64,000 nucleotides of DNA from the human T2T-CHM13v2.0 reference genome, Homo sapiens. The translations under genes were made by a program, and so were the position numbers. Below, piece after piece: positions 1-14,380 of the stretch. Below the pieces are notes generated by a model, which was not told the DNA's origin, made no database searches, and saw nothing but the letters and a program-made list of their open reading frames with translations. How positions within the stretch are numbered: position 1 is the first letter of the stretch; every line of letters starts with the position of its first letter. Where the stretch lies: NCBI RefSeq assembly GCF_009914755.1, contig NC_060934.1. One strand, given 5' to 3'.

Positions 1-1111
1 CCTCTTGGCCCTAGCTCCCTCAGGCCTCCCTGCCTGAAATCCTCCCCACAGTCCCATTTGCCTGGCAAATGCCTACTTGTCCTTCTGTCCCCTGTTCTCA
101 GAGGCCCTCCCGATCTCCCTCTTCCTCTCTCTCCTGCTGTGCCCCTCTGCTGTGGGTGCTTGCTTCTCACATGCACCTGAGCCACACTGCTGCCCCGTGC
201 TGGCAGAGGTGCATGATGCAGAGTGCAGCCTCCAGAGATAGGATGCCAAGACAAAATGGCTCTGCCACCATCTGTTGGTGAGACCATGGGCAGGTGTTTA
301 ACCCCTCGTGTACTTCGTGTCTTCATCTGTAAGTGGGGATATAGCTGTATCTGATGATGGGCGAGGTGTTAGGTAGAGACTACATGAGTTCTTACCGCTC
401 ACAACCATGTCTGGAATAGCACTGAGGCTCAGTGAACCTAGCCATTGAGGGGTCTGTGTGCCTGTTCCTCCACTAGCCAGAGCCTCTTTGTGGCACAGAC
501 GTGGCCCATGGTCTGTGAATCCTCAGCCCACAGTGCCACACCTAACAGTTGAGTGATGCTCAGATTGGGCCCAGTGGAGGTTGGTGGCTTGCCTAGAGTC
601 AAAGAGCATGTGAGGGGCAGAGGTAGGCCCAGAACCCAGGTCTCCTGGCTCCCAGTCCAGGCTCCTTCCTCTGCATCATGCTGCCTCTGAGACCATGAGC
701 ATCATAAGCCAATGACATGGAATGTTCGAAGGTGAGAACTGGGATGGAAAAACAACTGGAGCAGGTTAAAGGAGGTTGGGAGTTTGGATATGGGGAGGCT
801 GGTTGTATCATGAAGTAGGATGGTCAGCATTGGAGTCTTTGAAAAGGCGACATTTGACTGAGGACCAGGAAGTCGTTGGAGGAGTTAGCCAAGTGAATAT
901 GTGGTGAAAGGGTGTTACAGGCAGGGAACAGCCAGCACAAAGGCCTGAAGGCACGAGTGTCCGCAGTTGGAGGGGAGGGAGGAGGGGCAGAGGGGGTAGG
1001 AGAGGAGATGATCATGTAAAACTTTGTGCCATCAGAGAACTTTGACTTTGGGTGAAATGGGGGAGCCACTGGAGGGTTTTTAGCAGAGCAGTGGCATGGT
1101 CTGACTTGGGG

Positions 1112-1282
1112 TTTTATTTTATTTTATTTTATTTATGAGACAGGGTCTCACTCTGTCATCCAGGCTGGAGTGCAGGGGTGGGTTCGTAGCTCATTGCAGT
1201 CTCAACCTCCTGGACTCAAGTGATCTTCCTACCTTGGCCTCCTAAGTAGCTGCAAATACGGGTGTGCACCACCATGCCCATC
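1112..1282 (-). mobile_element. Alu monomer (FRAM/AluJ right arm)
   Basis: (TTTTA)n tail then gagacagggtctcactctgtc...caccaccatgccca; tgactt(g/a)gg flanks resemble a TSD. Confidence 0.85.
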
Positions 1283-1532
1283 TGTGACTTAGGTTTTTCA
1301 AGAATCCCTCTGGCTTCCATGTTGGGAGCAGGCTTTGAGGGGCTGAGGTGGGAGCAGGGAGATCTGCTAGGAGGCTGTTGCAGCAGTCCAGGTGAGAGCA
1401 GCTGGTGGCTCAAGCCATCTTAGTAGCCCCTGGCGGTGGTGAGAAGTGGTTGGATTTGAGACTTGTGTGGAAGGTGTATTCTCTGATGGATTGGGGATGA
1501 GAGAAGAGTTAAGGAAGACTTCAAAGTTTTGA

Positions 1533-2216
<684 letters not shown>

Positions 2217-2858
2217 TGATGAGGCAGAGCAGAGTGAGGCTAAGCCTAGGAGTCGGTGGAATTTTCCAGCCACGTGTTTTGTTAGACACTTACAGTCAGT
2301 TTGAAAAGGGGGGAAAAAAATCCAATGGATGCCCATTTTCATTCTGGTCGTGCCATCGTTCCCTCTCTCTGGGCCTGTACCAAGAGCTGTTTTTTGGAAA
2401 GGAAATGTGAGTCTGGCTCCTGTGTCAGCACGTCAAATGCTCTTCACATCTACCCTAATGAAGCTGCCACTCACGAGGGGCCGACCCGCTCCCTTCTGCG
2501 TTTTCATCTGCATCCCTGGGAATTAGCGAGACTTTTTCATCGCCCATCTTGACGTCAAATGACCAGCCTCTGGAACACCTCTTTTACGCACGGAGACTTT
2601 ATTGAGTTTTCCAGGGCTGGCGTAACTTCTCATCTAAAATCCGTTTTTTCTTCCATCCTGACTGGAACCCAGAGGAGGGAGGAGGTGGCGGGGTCCTTGG
2701 TGTTGCAGTAGCGCCCCGGGTGCTGCCTGACTCGGCCAGCGCCATCCACGCCATTCCCATCTCTCTGTTGAATTTCTACCAAGTGGAGCTTTTAAAAATA
2801 ACCTGTCCTCGTTGGACTCTGATGTAGTCCCTGGGAAAGGCTCCTCTCCTGCACAGTA

Positions 2859-3157
2859 TTTTTTTTTTTTTAATTTGAGACAGAGTCTCACTGTGTTGCC
2901 CAGGCTGGAGTGCAGTGGTGCGATCTCAGCTCACTACAGCCTCCGCCTCTTGGGTTCAAGTGATCCTCCTGCCTCAGCCTTCTGAGTAGCAGGGATTACA
3001 GGTGCGCACCACCACACCCAGCTAATTTTGTACTTTTAATAGAGATGGGGTTTCGCCATGTTGGCTAGTCTGGTCCTGAATTCCTGACCTCAAGTGATCC
3101 GCCTGCCTCAGCCTCTCAAAGTGCTGGGATTACAGACGTGAGCCACCGTGCCCGGCC
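2859..3157 (-). mobile_element. Full-length Alu (AluS-like)
   Basis: Poly-T then gagacagagtctcactgtgttgcccaggctgg...ccaccgtgcccggcc. Confidence 0.93.
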
Positions 3158-3808
3158 TTCTGTGCAGTCTTAATGTCCACATTTCTCAAGTCAAGTGGAA
3201 GGCTGCAGCTGTTTTTTAATGACGGCCCAGGTGATTTTCTGGGCAGCAGAACTGTTTGCGCGTCATTTACTAGACTGCAGGGGGAGTTTGGCCTTTGGTG
3301 TTGGTTATCAAGGGTCTTCCAGGAACCTGAGAAAGACTTTTCTCCTGCCACTGCCACCTGTCCTCTCAGCAAGAAATGGAGTCAGTGACCTAAGCCATGA
3401 CTAGGTCTGGTCTCTAAAGGGCAAAGAGTTTGCCCAGCTGGTCAGGGGATTGAAGAGGGTCTAGGCTAGTGTCAGCCCCCACAGGGCAAAGAGTCTGTGG
3501 CATCTTGGAGACTGATGGACTTCTCTCTAACCTGTTCCCTGGGAGCCTTGACCACATGCTGGCTCATTTGAAACCATCTTATCTCCACACTTGGGTGAGA
3601 CTTAATGGGTTCAGGTCTCTTCTCTTTGGGATTGAGGGATGTTTGGCAGATATGGAACCAGATTCACCCAGGGCACATTTATGGGGTGGCTCCTGTGTGC
3701 CAGGCTCTGTTCTAGCAGTTGGGAGAACACAATGAACAGGAGAACTAAGTTCCTGCCCTTGTGCAGCTTGCTTTCTGGTTAAATGAAAGATTAAAAAAAT
3801 AAAGAAGA

Positions 3809-4115
3809 TTTTTTTTTTCTAGGAGGTGGAATCTCACTCTATTGCCCAGGCTGGAGTGCGGTGGTATGATTATAGCTTACCGTAGCCTCAAACTCTTAGG
3901 CCCAAAGCGAATCCTCCCACCTCAGCCTCCTGAATAGCTGGGACTACAGGCGCAGGCCACCATGCCTGGCTAATTAAATTTTTTTTTTTTTAGAGATGGG
4001 GTCTCTCTGTATTGCCTAGGCTGGTCTTGAACTTCTGGCCTCAAGTGATGCTTCCACCTTGGCTTCCCAAAGTGGAATCATGCTGGATTACAGGCATGAG
4101 GCACTGTACCTGGCC
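3809..4115 (-). mobile_element. Alu (AluJ-like)
   Basis: Divergent dimer with a T-rich linker at ~3980. Confidence 0.88.
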
Positions 4116-4186
4116 AAGGAAAATTTTGCAGTGAATTAAGCAACACCAGCTACAAGTTAAAATATTTGTTCAGTATTAGCTTTGGG

Positions 4187-4487
4187 TTTTTTGTTGTTGT
4201 TCTTTTTTGAGACAGAGTCTCACTCTTTTGCCCAGGCTGCAGTACAGTGGTGTGACCTCAGCTCACTGTAACCTCCACCTCCTGGGTTCAAGTGATTCTC
4301 GTGCCTCAGCCACCCTAGTAGCTGGGATTACAGGTGTGCGCCACTATGCCCAGCTAATTTTTGTATTTTTGGTAGAGATAGTGTTTCACCAGGTTGGCCA
4401 GGCTGGTCTTGAGCTCCTGACCTCAAGTGATCTGCCTGTCTTGGCTTCCCAAAGTGCTGGGATTACAGGCATGAGCCACTGAGGCCC
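4187..4487 (-). mobile_element. Full-length Alu
   Basis: Dimer with TSD cagtattag at 4171-4179 and 4491-4499. Confidence 0.92.
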
Positions 4488-4500
4488 ACACAGTATTAGT

Positions 4501-4982
4501 TCACCTCAAAATATAGTGGCTTGAAACAACAGTCAACCTTTATTAGGTGATGGTTTTGTGGGTCAGGAATTTGGGCATGGCTTTGCGATGTGCTGTTGGC
4601 TCAAGGTCTCTCATGAGGTGAGATATTAAGAAGTTGGCTGGGCTGCAGTCATCTGAAGGCTTGACCGTAGCTGGAGGATCTGCATCCACAGTTATTCACA
4701 TGCCTGGCAGGTTGGTGCTGGCTGTTGGCAGGAGGGAGCCTCTCCATGGGATTGCTTGAGTGTCCTCACAACATGGCTGGCTTTCTCCAGAGCAAGCAAT
4801 CCAAGAGAACATGGTAGGAGCTGCAGTGCCCTCTATGACCTAGCCTTAGAGCATCTACACCATTTCCCTAATATCATACTGGTGGCACTGGTTAGCCCTG
4901 TTTCATATGGAAAGAGACTTTCCTAGAGCATGAGTAATGAGGCAAGGATTATTGAAGGCCACCTTGGAGGCAGGCGACTACA
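4501..4982 (-). mobile_element. MLT1-family (ERVL-MaLR) LTR
   Basis: MLT1-like text gtgggtcaggaatttggg...ggctgcagtcatctgaaggcttgac...ggaggatctgc, ending ggcgactaca. Confidence 0.75.
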
Positions 4983-5369
4983 AATATGAGGTTACAACAA
5001 ATGAAATCTCATATAGGAAATGCTAAGAGGCATTCCTATCTGCTAAGTAGCCTAGACTCTAGGTGATGAAATAAAATTAGTGGGCTATCACCTGGCTTTA
5101 GATGTGCCTGACCATTTGAAATTTTATTGTGAAATGATCCACTCTGCCTCACTGGGGGCTAAGTATTCTGCTTCTCTTGTTTATGAGAATCCAGTATTTG
5201 TCTTTGTCTTTCTCTCACTGGTGTGATCCCCCAAAATGGGAAGAGTGGAGGGTGCTTATAGTTTTTCAGGTGCACATAGAGACAGTCAGAACATCTAGGA
5301 AGCCAGACCCCGGGAGCAGGGCTGTCTTGAAAAAGTGCCACTTCTAAAATGGGTTTATATAGTGCACAT

Positions 5370-5654
5370 CTGTGGGATCATCCAGTCTCCTGGGTGCCCC
5401 ACCCGCATTCCCAAATAACATGGCTGTCCTAGAAGCTGCCATGTTCTTAATGATGTCACCCCCAAGCTGCAGTTGACTGGAGCAGGAGGGGGTCTGTGAG
5501 CCAAGGCAGGCCAACGAGTCCTTTCCCTGGAATTGATGGCCTCAAGGGGAAGTTCTTCCCTGCTAGAGAAAGCTTAACATAAAAACCCTGGGAACTGTGG
5601 ACTGCCATGTTTCCTACACTGGAACAAGCCAGTCAGCACCCAGAGATCATGAGC

Positions 5655-5691
<37 letters not shown>

Positions 5692-5880
5692 AACACACAG
5701 ATCATGGGGGCTACAGAAGTGCTTGTGTCCCTGGTCTCTGGGCTCTTGGCCCAGCTGCTTTTCTGATTTCCCCACAATTTGTTTGTTCAGCTCATCCTCA
5801 GATTCCAGGAGCCAGGAGCTTACAGTTTTGTTGAACTAGGTTAGGCTGGGATTGTTTTCACTTAGAACAAAAAGAGTAAT
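5370..5880 (+). mobile_element. Old MLT1-like LTR containing a (CA)n repeat (approximate limits)
   Basis: tgagccaaggcaggccaa...ctttccctggaatt and a 3' ...ttcacttagaacaaaaagag resemble old MLT1 LTRs. Confidence 0.45.
5657..5688. repeat. Perfect (CA)16 microsatellite
   Basis: Counted directly. Confidence 0.97.
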
Positions 5881-6051
5881 GGGGAAAGTTAAAGACCTTT
5901 CCTGGTAGCCTTTAGATCCTTGGTTGGATGCAGAGACAGAGAAACAATTCTGAGAGGGAAGGAGGAAAAGCAGCTGGTGGGGGTGAGGATGGGTGGAGCT
6001 CTTAGGAGAAAAGTGATGGGGCAGACAGGAAGCAGGATGGCACAGCCCGTC

Positions 6052-6725
<674 letters not shown>

Positions 6726-6756
6726 CCCTCTGCCACTGGGGTGCTTATCACTTCCC

Positions 6757-6812
6757 CTGAGATGGGCGAGCCTGTCCCCTCCCTCTGAGAGAGGCGAGCC
6801 TGTCCCCTCCAC
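6757..6812. repeat. 28-bp tandem duplication
   Basis: ctgagatgggcgagcctgtcccctccct followed by ctgagagaggcgagcctgtcccctccac. Confidence 0.85.
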
Positions 6813-8093
6813 CACGTGGAGAGATGCAGCCCCCCTTCCCTCCTGCCTTCTCTTCAGTGTTTGACTCTGGCCAGGCCACAATTCACAAGCTGGTGGCTGT
6901 GGTACCTCAGGAAATCTGGAGTTGCTCCTACCACTTTCATTCTCCACCCAATGTGGACAGGAGTCCATTCTTCCCTCCCTTCTCAGGTTCCATCCCATCT
7001 ATTGCCCTAAGTTGGGCCAGTGAATCCCTCTTGACTGAGGCCTGAGAGGGCCGCTCAGATGGGAGCCGGAGCCAGAGACTAGAGAACACTTTGCCCAGGC
7101 GGGCACAAGCTCTGGGGTTGACCAGGTACGTCTGACCCTGGGGCCCCTGGGGGACACCCCCATCATGCACTGCTCGCCATTCTCACTGGGGAGCAGAAAG
7201 GAAGCAAGGCCAGTGCCCACCCATCTGAAGCACCGTGCAGGGCATCAGCCAGGTCCTGGCAGAAAACAGATGGCCGGCCCCATGTGTGAATGGAGGAGTT
7301 TAATGAGGGCCTGTTTACAAAGCGTGGGAGGGAAATCAGTAGCTGCTGATGCAACACCCCTGAGCCTCCACCACCCCGCAACCTGCAGGGCCAAGGGAAG
7401 GGACTGACGCGGGATCGTGGGAGAAGACTGCCCACAGGAGTCGGGTCTGGAGAAGAGGGTCCGGGAGCCTGCGGTGCCCAGGCGGGGACGGAGCCAGCAG
7501 AAAACCACCCCACCACTCCACCCCCACAGCAGGGTGGGAGAGGGCTAGAGGGGCTCTGGAGGGGCGGCCCACGTGGTCAGCACACACGAGAAGCTGGGGC
7601 CGTGGGGGTGGATGCAGGTGTTTCTCCAGCGGGGTGCATGGTGAGCATTGTGCTGACCAGGCGTGTCACTTGTCCCTGCCTCAAGGACTCTGGAAAAGCT
7701 GACCACATCAATAATTACAGAAGCTGGAGGTGGCAAGACCTCATGGCATCTCTGACTTCATCTTCCTGTTAGGGCAGAAGAAGGTCTCCTGGGAGAAGGA
7801 GGTGACATCTAAAGTTAGTCTAAGGCCAGGAGGAATTCAGCCCAGACTGCCCTTTCTAAACCTAGGGCCGGCTTCTTTGAAAACGTGGCAGGTTCTTAAA
7901 AGCATCTGAAGGAAATGTGTCTTCATAGCCAGGACATATTTTTCCTGGCAGATTCTGAGATTGATGATGCAATTAGGGCAGGCCAAGAGAATGAAGTATT
8001 AGGGCTATAAACTAAGATGCACATAGATGTTTCCACTCTTTGGAAGGCACAGATGTAGAAATAATTCTTTGTTCCTTAAGCTCAATGTAATAG

Positions 8094-8555
<462 letters not shown>

Positions 8556-9699
8556 TAAATGAACAGAACAGCAGAGGTGCCTGTGTTTCGGGGAGGGGAC
8601 AAGGCCCATCTCTCTCTCTCTGGTTGGAAGGGACTCTCTTGCAGATGGAGGTCACGAGGGCACTCTTTGCATACAGTTTACCTTTCTTTTCATTGAAATC
8701 ATTGGCTGCTATTTCCCAAGCTACATCTAATTGTAAAATTCTGGGTTGTTGGCACACTCTTACTTGCTGCTTACGTTTGCTGGTTAAGCTGGTTTAAGCT
8801 TTCTCCCACCAGCTGGGCAAGGGTGTTCTCAGGGCAGTGGTTTCCAGGGTGGCCCCAGCCGTGTGGAGTGTGATCTGCCTTGAGCTCGGCCCATCCAGGG
8901 GAGCCACCATGGTACCTTTCCTCTGTAGGTGGCCTCTCAGGACTCCCCTCAGGGGGCCACTGTGGAGACATGGCCTGTCACTAGGTGTCTTAATCAGTGC
9001 GAAAAGCCCAGCTGGAGGCCTTCCATCCGTTTTCCACCTCCCAACACAAATGCTCTTCAAGTGGTGGCCTGGCACGGACTCTTTGAGAAAGGCCTTTTGA
9101 TCCCGGCAGGGGAGGCCTGTCCCCGCGTGCTCCCTCTGCCGCCCTGTGGACCTGCGTGCCCATCCACCGGCGGGGCCTCTGCCGGGAGGCAGGTGACCTG
9201 AAAGGGATGTTATTTTTTTAACGTGGGTTTTAGTACCCACAGCAAGAGTATTTTTAGCTGGTTATTGAGGCTGATTAGTGAGCCCCAGGCCTCCATTTGG
9301 TTAAATAGAGCCACCTTCACAGATGTATTTTCGTACAGTGCAAATCTAGTGTTCTGGATGGTATAGAGTTACCCCAAATGATGGCCGGCCATTTGCCCAG
9401 GGCCTGCGTCCTGCAGAGCAGTCTAGCTACATTCCCACGGTGCCGGACCAACGGCGGGCTGTCCAGGGGCAGCAGGACCCTGGGTGCTTCTCATTCTGGA
9501 AAACAGCAGGCAGCTGGCTCTAGAGTGCTCAGCCCCTTTGGAGACGCCACTGCTGCCCCGTCGCTTGCTAGCTGTGCTGTATTGGAACCTCTTAGACCCT
9601 TAGTTTCTTCATCTGCAAATCGGGACTAATAATACCTACCATGTAGATATAATAATAATACCCTGCCATGTAGGGTGAGCCTGGAATCAGCACTCCATA

Positions 9700-10440
9700 T
9701 GGGGTGTGTGTCTGTGTGTGGGTGTCTGTATGTGTGTGTGTAGGGGTGCGGGTGTGTTTGTGTGGATGGGTATCTGTGGGTGTGTGGTGTTTGTGTGCGG
9801 GTGTCTGTGTGTAGGTGTGTGTGGGTATGTGTGTGTGTGTCTGGGTCTGGGGGGGTGCGGGTGTGTTTGTGTGGATGGGTATCTGTGGGTGTGTGGTTGT
9901 GTGTGTGTGTCTGTGGGTGTGTGTGGGTATCTGTGTGTGTCTGCGTCTGTGTGGGGTGTGTGTGTGTGTGTGTGGGTATCTGTGGGTATGTGTGTCTGTG
10001 TGTGGGTTTGAGTGTGTGTGTGGGTGTCTGTGTATGGGGGTGTGTATCTGTGTGTGGGTACGTGTGGGTGTGGGTGTGTGGGTGTCTGTGTGGGTGTATC
10101 TGTGTGTGTGGGCACGTGTGTGTGTGGGTGTGTGTGAGTATCCGTGTATCTATGTGTGGGTGCGTGTGTGTGTGTGTGTGTGGGTGTCTGCGTGTGTGGG
10201 TGTATCTGTGTGTGTGTGGGTGTGTGTATCCATGTGTCTGTGTGTGGGTACGTGGGTGTGTGGGTGTGTGTGTGGGTGTGTATCTGTGTGTGTGGGGGCA
10301 CGTGTATGTTTGGGTGTGTGTGTGTCTGTGTGTGGGTGTGTATCTGTCTGTGTGTGGGCACGTGTATGTTTGGGTGTGTGGGTGTGTGTGTGGGTGTGTG
10401 TATCTGTGTCTGTGGGCACGTGTGTGTGCACACATGTGCA
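9700..10440. repeat. Complex (TG)n/GGGTGT low-complexity repeat, ~740 bp
   Basis: Directly visible, with internal duplicated blocks; it produces the spurious poly-VC and poly-HT ORFs. Confidence 0.97.
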
Positions 10441-11908
10441 CTCAGGTTTAGGAGAGCGACAGGGGGCACAGAGGAAGAAAATAACAGGAAAAAGTCAAGA
10501 AGAAAGAGCCACCTTAAAGCATCTCAGGAATTCATCTCTCGAGTCAAATCATCAAGAAGTGCCCAGTCCCTCAAGGCTCATCTTGATGTGGAAGAAGAGT
10601 TGACCTCTGGGGAGAGGCTCTGCCCACGCGGCGCAGTGGGAATCCAGAGGCCAGCGCGCCAGTCCAGCAGCTGTGACCTTGGACCTTGGGCAAGTCCCTG
10701 ACTTCTCTGAGCCTCTGTGTCCAGCCCTATAAAATGAGGGGTGGGATTCCTTACAGAACCACTGCCCTATCTCCCTGTGATCTAAATGATTGTAGTGTTC
10801 ATGTTTCTTCATGGGAGAAAATCGTTGGATCTTGGCTCTCCATTAGAAGAGAGAGGGCAAGACAAGGACACTCGCTCACTGTGGTTGGAAACGAGCCTGG
10901 CTGCCTCTGTGGTCACTGCGAGTGCCGCCTGCGTGCTCCCTTTGGCTGGCCTGGGAGGAATCGGACCCTAGACACTGAGGTGTGAAGTTTCCCTGAGGGC
11001 CGGCTGGGCATCTGACTGCATGGTGGGATGCCTGGGGAGGAGTTCGGGTCCGTCTATGCTGGTGTCATTTCCTTCCTCTTTTGAAATAGCTGTACTTTTG
11101 GACAGAGGCTGACAAATCCTTGGGTGGTGGATTTTGAAATGGTTATAAACAATTTGCAATTAGCTCTTTTGTCTAAATGAGAAAGGGCCGCTTACTCAGG
11201 CTTTTTATTGACTCGAGGCCCTTTATCCATGTGGCGAGTGCGTCAGATGTGAGCGAAGGAGCCCCTCTGGGATTCAGGGAAATTAAAAAGTCTGTTTTTT
11301 GGAGACCTCCCATCTTTAGAGCTTGGGCCCCCTGGCTTGGCTAGTTATCAGAGTCCTAAATTCTGTGGTGTGGTTGAGGAGAAGCCCTGCGCTTGGAGGT
11401 TCGAGTCCCAGCCCTGCCACCTCCCGCTTCATGACCCTATGCAAGTCCCTTCCCACCGCCGGCCCTCGGGATCTCCACCTACAGACGAGGGGTTGGGATG
11501 GCAGCCCCTGTTCTCCTGCGTCACTGCCCTGGCTCTTTCGAGGTTCAGATAAGAACATCTTAAAAAACCTGTGTATGTTCACTTTGTAAACTGAAAAGCT
11601 GGAAAAGACCAGGCATCCACATTATTGTTTATCCTTGCAAGGTGTAATAATCACAATGGCGGTAACTATAGCAACTGTTTATTATTATTTATGATGGGCC
11701 AGGCCCCAGGCCAAGAGCTTGATCACTTCCGTCTGTATAATCAGTGTATACCTAGGTGCTGGTACCATCTGCGTTTTATAGAAGGGTTAAGCAAATTGTC
11801 TACGATCACACAGCTTACAAGGTCTGAGTGACCTAAGGCAGCTTCTCGGCAGCCTTCCAGTCTGGTGGGCTGTTATTTTTCTGGTAGTTTCCTTTGATTC
11901 ATCTAAGT

Positions 11909-12055
11909 CAGTGGTCTTCAACCCCGGCTGCCCAGGTGCCAGCCCTCATGGCCCACTGGAAAGCCTGGTTTCATGGGTCTAGGGTGGGGCCTAGCATCAG
12001 TGTTTGCTCAGGGCTCCCTGCTGATTCTGATGTGCAGTCTGCATGGAGCACCGCC
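11909..12055. mobile_element. MER5A-like hAT DNA transposon fossil
   Basis: cagtggtcttcaaccccggctg ... gctgattctgatgtgcag resembles MER5A. Confidence 0.6.
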
Positions 12056-12271
12056 ATCCTGAGACCCAGCATCTGTGAGAGAGGGCAAAGTAGTTTGGAC
12101 TAAACATCGGGGCTCCGTGGCCAGGTCTTCCCCCCCGGTTTCCTGACCTGCAGGAGAAGGGGGTTGGTCAGGTGGCCTCTAGGGGATTTCCTCCAGGGGC
12201 TGTGAGGTTCTGTAACTATAAGAAGCTCATGAGCAAACCTGTTATTGTTCTTTTTTCTCCTTCTGTTTTAG

Positions 12272-12403
<132 letters not shown>

Positions 12404-14194
12404 TAGGAGCCCCTAAGTCTGTGCCAGGCCACATGGGGAGCTGTTAAGTGCTGGGCTGGTGGCTGTTGTTGACCTCCTGAGATCACAGTTCCCATCCTCC
12501 CCCAGAGAGTGCCCAAGCCTGGCAGGGCCAAGATGGGGATGGTCTAGGCCAGGACTGGAGTAGGGGCGGGATGCCTGCTTCTTGGGGCCCAGCCCCTTCA
12601 AGGGTCACCATGCTGCTGTGTGCCCACACCCAACCATTTGTGGTAGGGCAGATGGAGGCCTGGCCAAGTTCAGGAGAAGTGCCCAGAAGGAAGGGCTTAG
12701 CAGGGCAGTTCTGAGAGGTCAGCGTGGAGGGGAAGTGTTGGGGGTTGACTGGGAGGGAAAGGGGGTGCCCAACGACATCAAAGAATGAAGAGAATTCTGA
12801 AACATATTCTGGAGTATTCTGAAGGGTCAGGGGCCACCCCGACCCCACCTCGGGGCCACCCACTGGATAGTTGAAGCATCGGGGTACCATTGTCCTCAGG
12901 GTCCAGCAGCCTCGGTTCTCCAAGATCTGCTTCCTCTTGACTCACCTTCACAGAAGTGTGTTCTCAACCCATTTAGTGTTCTAGTGTCAGTGGTTCTGCC
13001 CACTTGGTCAAGCCACATTCCCTCCCTGGGCCTCTGTTTCCCTTTCTTAAAAATGGCCTTCCTGTCAGACTCACCTCCCGGAGGTGTTGAGAGCCTGAGA
13101 TGGGACCTGTGTGGGAATAGCTTTGCGTGTGTCCCATCCCCCGGGGCCAGTGGTGGCTTCACCCTGCTCAGGACCCTGTGGGCCAACCAGCTCCCCGGAA
13201 GAGTATACCTCCTGGTGCCCATCCCAGGCTGCCAGTGGACTGAGGTCACCACAGCCTGTGGAAGGTCTTGGCCATCAGTCCCCTCAACCTCCTGCACCTC
13301 TTGCACCAAATGTAGCCCTCGTTCTTCTCCAGCATCAGCAGTTGGTAGTGGCCATTGCCCTTGCAGGGTGAGACCAGCCTCACGCCCAGAAGTGTTGCCC
13401 TTTGTCACGCCCCACTCTGGACAGCCTGCTAGACGGCATTCCTAATGCGCACACAGTCGCCATCACCTTGTTGCCTCCCCTTGCTGTTTCTCTGCTGCAT
13501 CCATCATAATCCATGCACTTCTCTTTCTGTGAACTGCAAACACCCCCAGCCCTTTTGCACTTTTCAGAAATGACAGAATTTATGTTTATAAAACACTTCT
13601 AGGCATAGAATAGGGCTAGTTTGCTCTGGACAAGGTGTGGCCCTGGGTAGGCACAGCTGCCCCCACCTTGGGGGCCTTGCTATGCTCCAGATATGGGCCT
13701 GTTGCTGTCTGTGAGGTTCTCAGGTGGACACAGACGAGGAGACGTTCTCAGCAGGGTCCCTGTTCACCCAGTCGCAGCCGATGTCATATTGGTGGGGCTC
13801 TGGCTAGATACATTTTTGATCTCCTGGCCACCACTCAAGATAGTGTGGACACTCTGGGCATAAACACATGCCCTGAGCTTAGAGGGGTGCATGCACCCTA
13901 GAGGGCATAATGATGACAGCTCCCTGGCTGGGCTCCTATGGTGTGCCACATGCCTCCGAGACGTCTCTGATGATTCGCGTATCCACGAGAGATTGCCCTA
14001 TTTACAGACAGGCCACTGAGGCCACAGAGCTGAATAGCGTGAGAGGCCACTCTGCTGAAGGGGTCTTCAGCTACCCTCTGCAGAGGCATCTTCCCACGGT
14101 GGCTCAGCTTGGCCCAGTCCAGCGCTTCATCTGTGCCCCCATAGGGCTACCCAGTCACATGTGTCCCCCCCAAACAATGGCAACTAGAATGTAT

Positions 14195-14380
14195 TGAGGA
14201 CTCCTTGTGTCAGGCACCACTGTCTATAGTCCTTGCTGTCACTGTGGGATGCAGATTATATTTGTTCCATCTTACCGATAAGGAAGGAGAGGCTCAGGGG
14301 AGCTGTCACATCCCAAGTCACACAACTAGTGAGTGGCGGAGCTAGAATTTGAACCCAAGTCTGGGTGATTCTAGAGCCCT
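14195..14380 (-). mobile_element. MIR
   Basis: gaggctcag...cccaagtcacacaactagtgagtggcggagctagaatttgaacccaagtctg. Confidence 0.7.

Noticed and set aside
9626-10603. Long overlapping poly-His/Thr/Pro and poly-Val/Cys ORFs
   Set aside because: They are translations of the stop-free TG repeat in several frames and show no coding signature.
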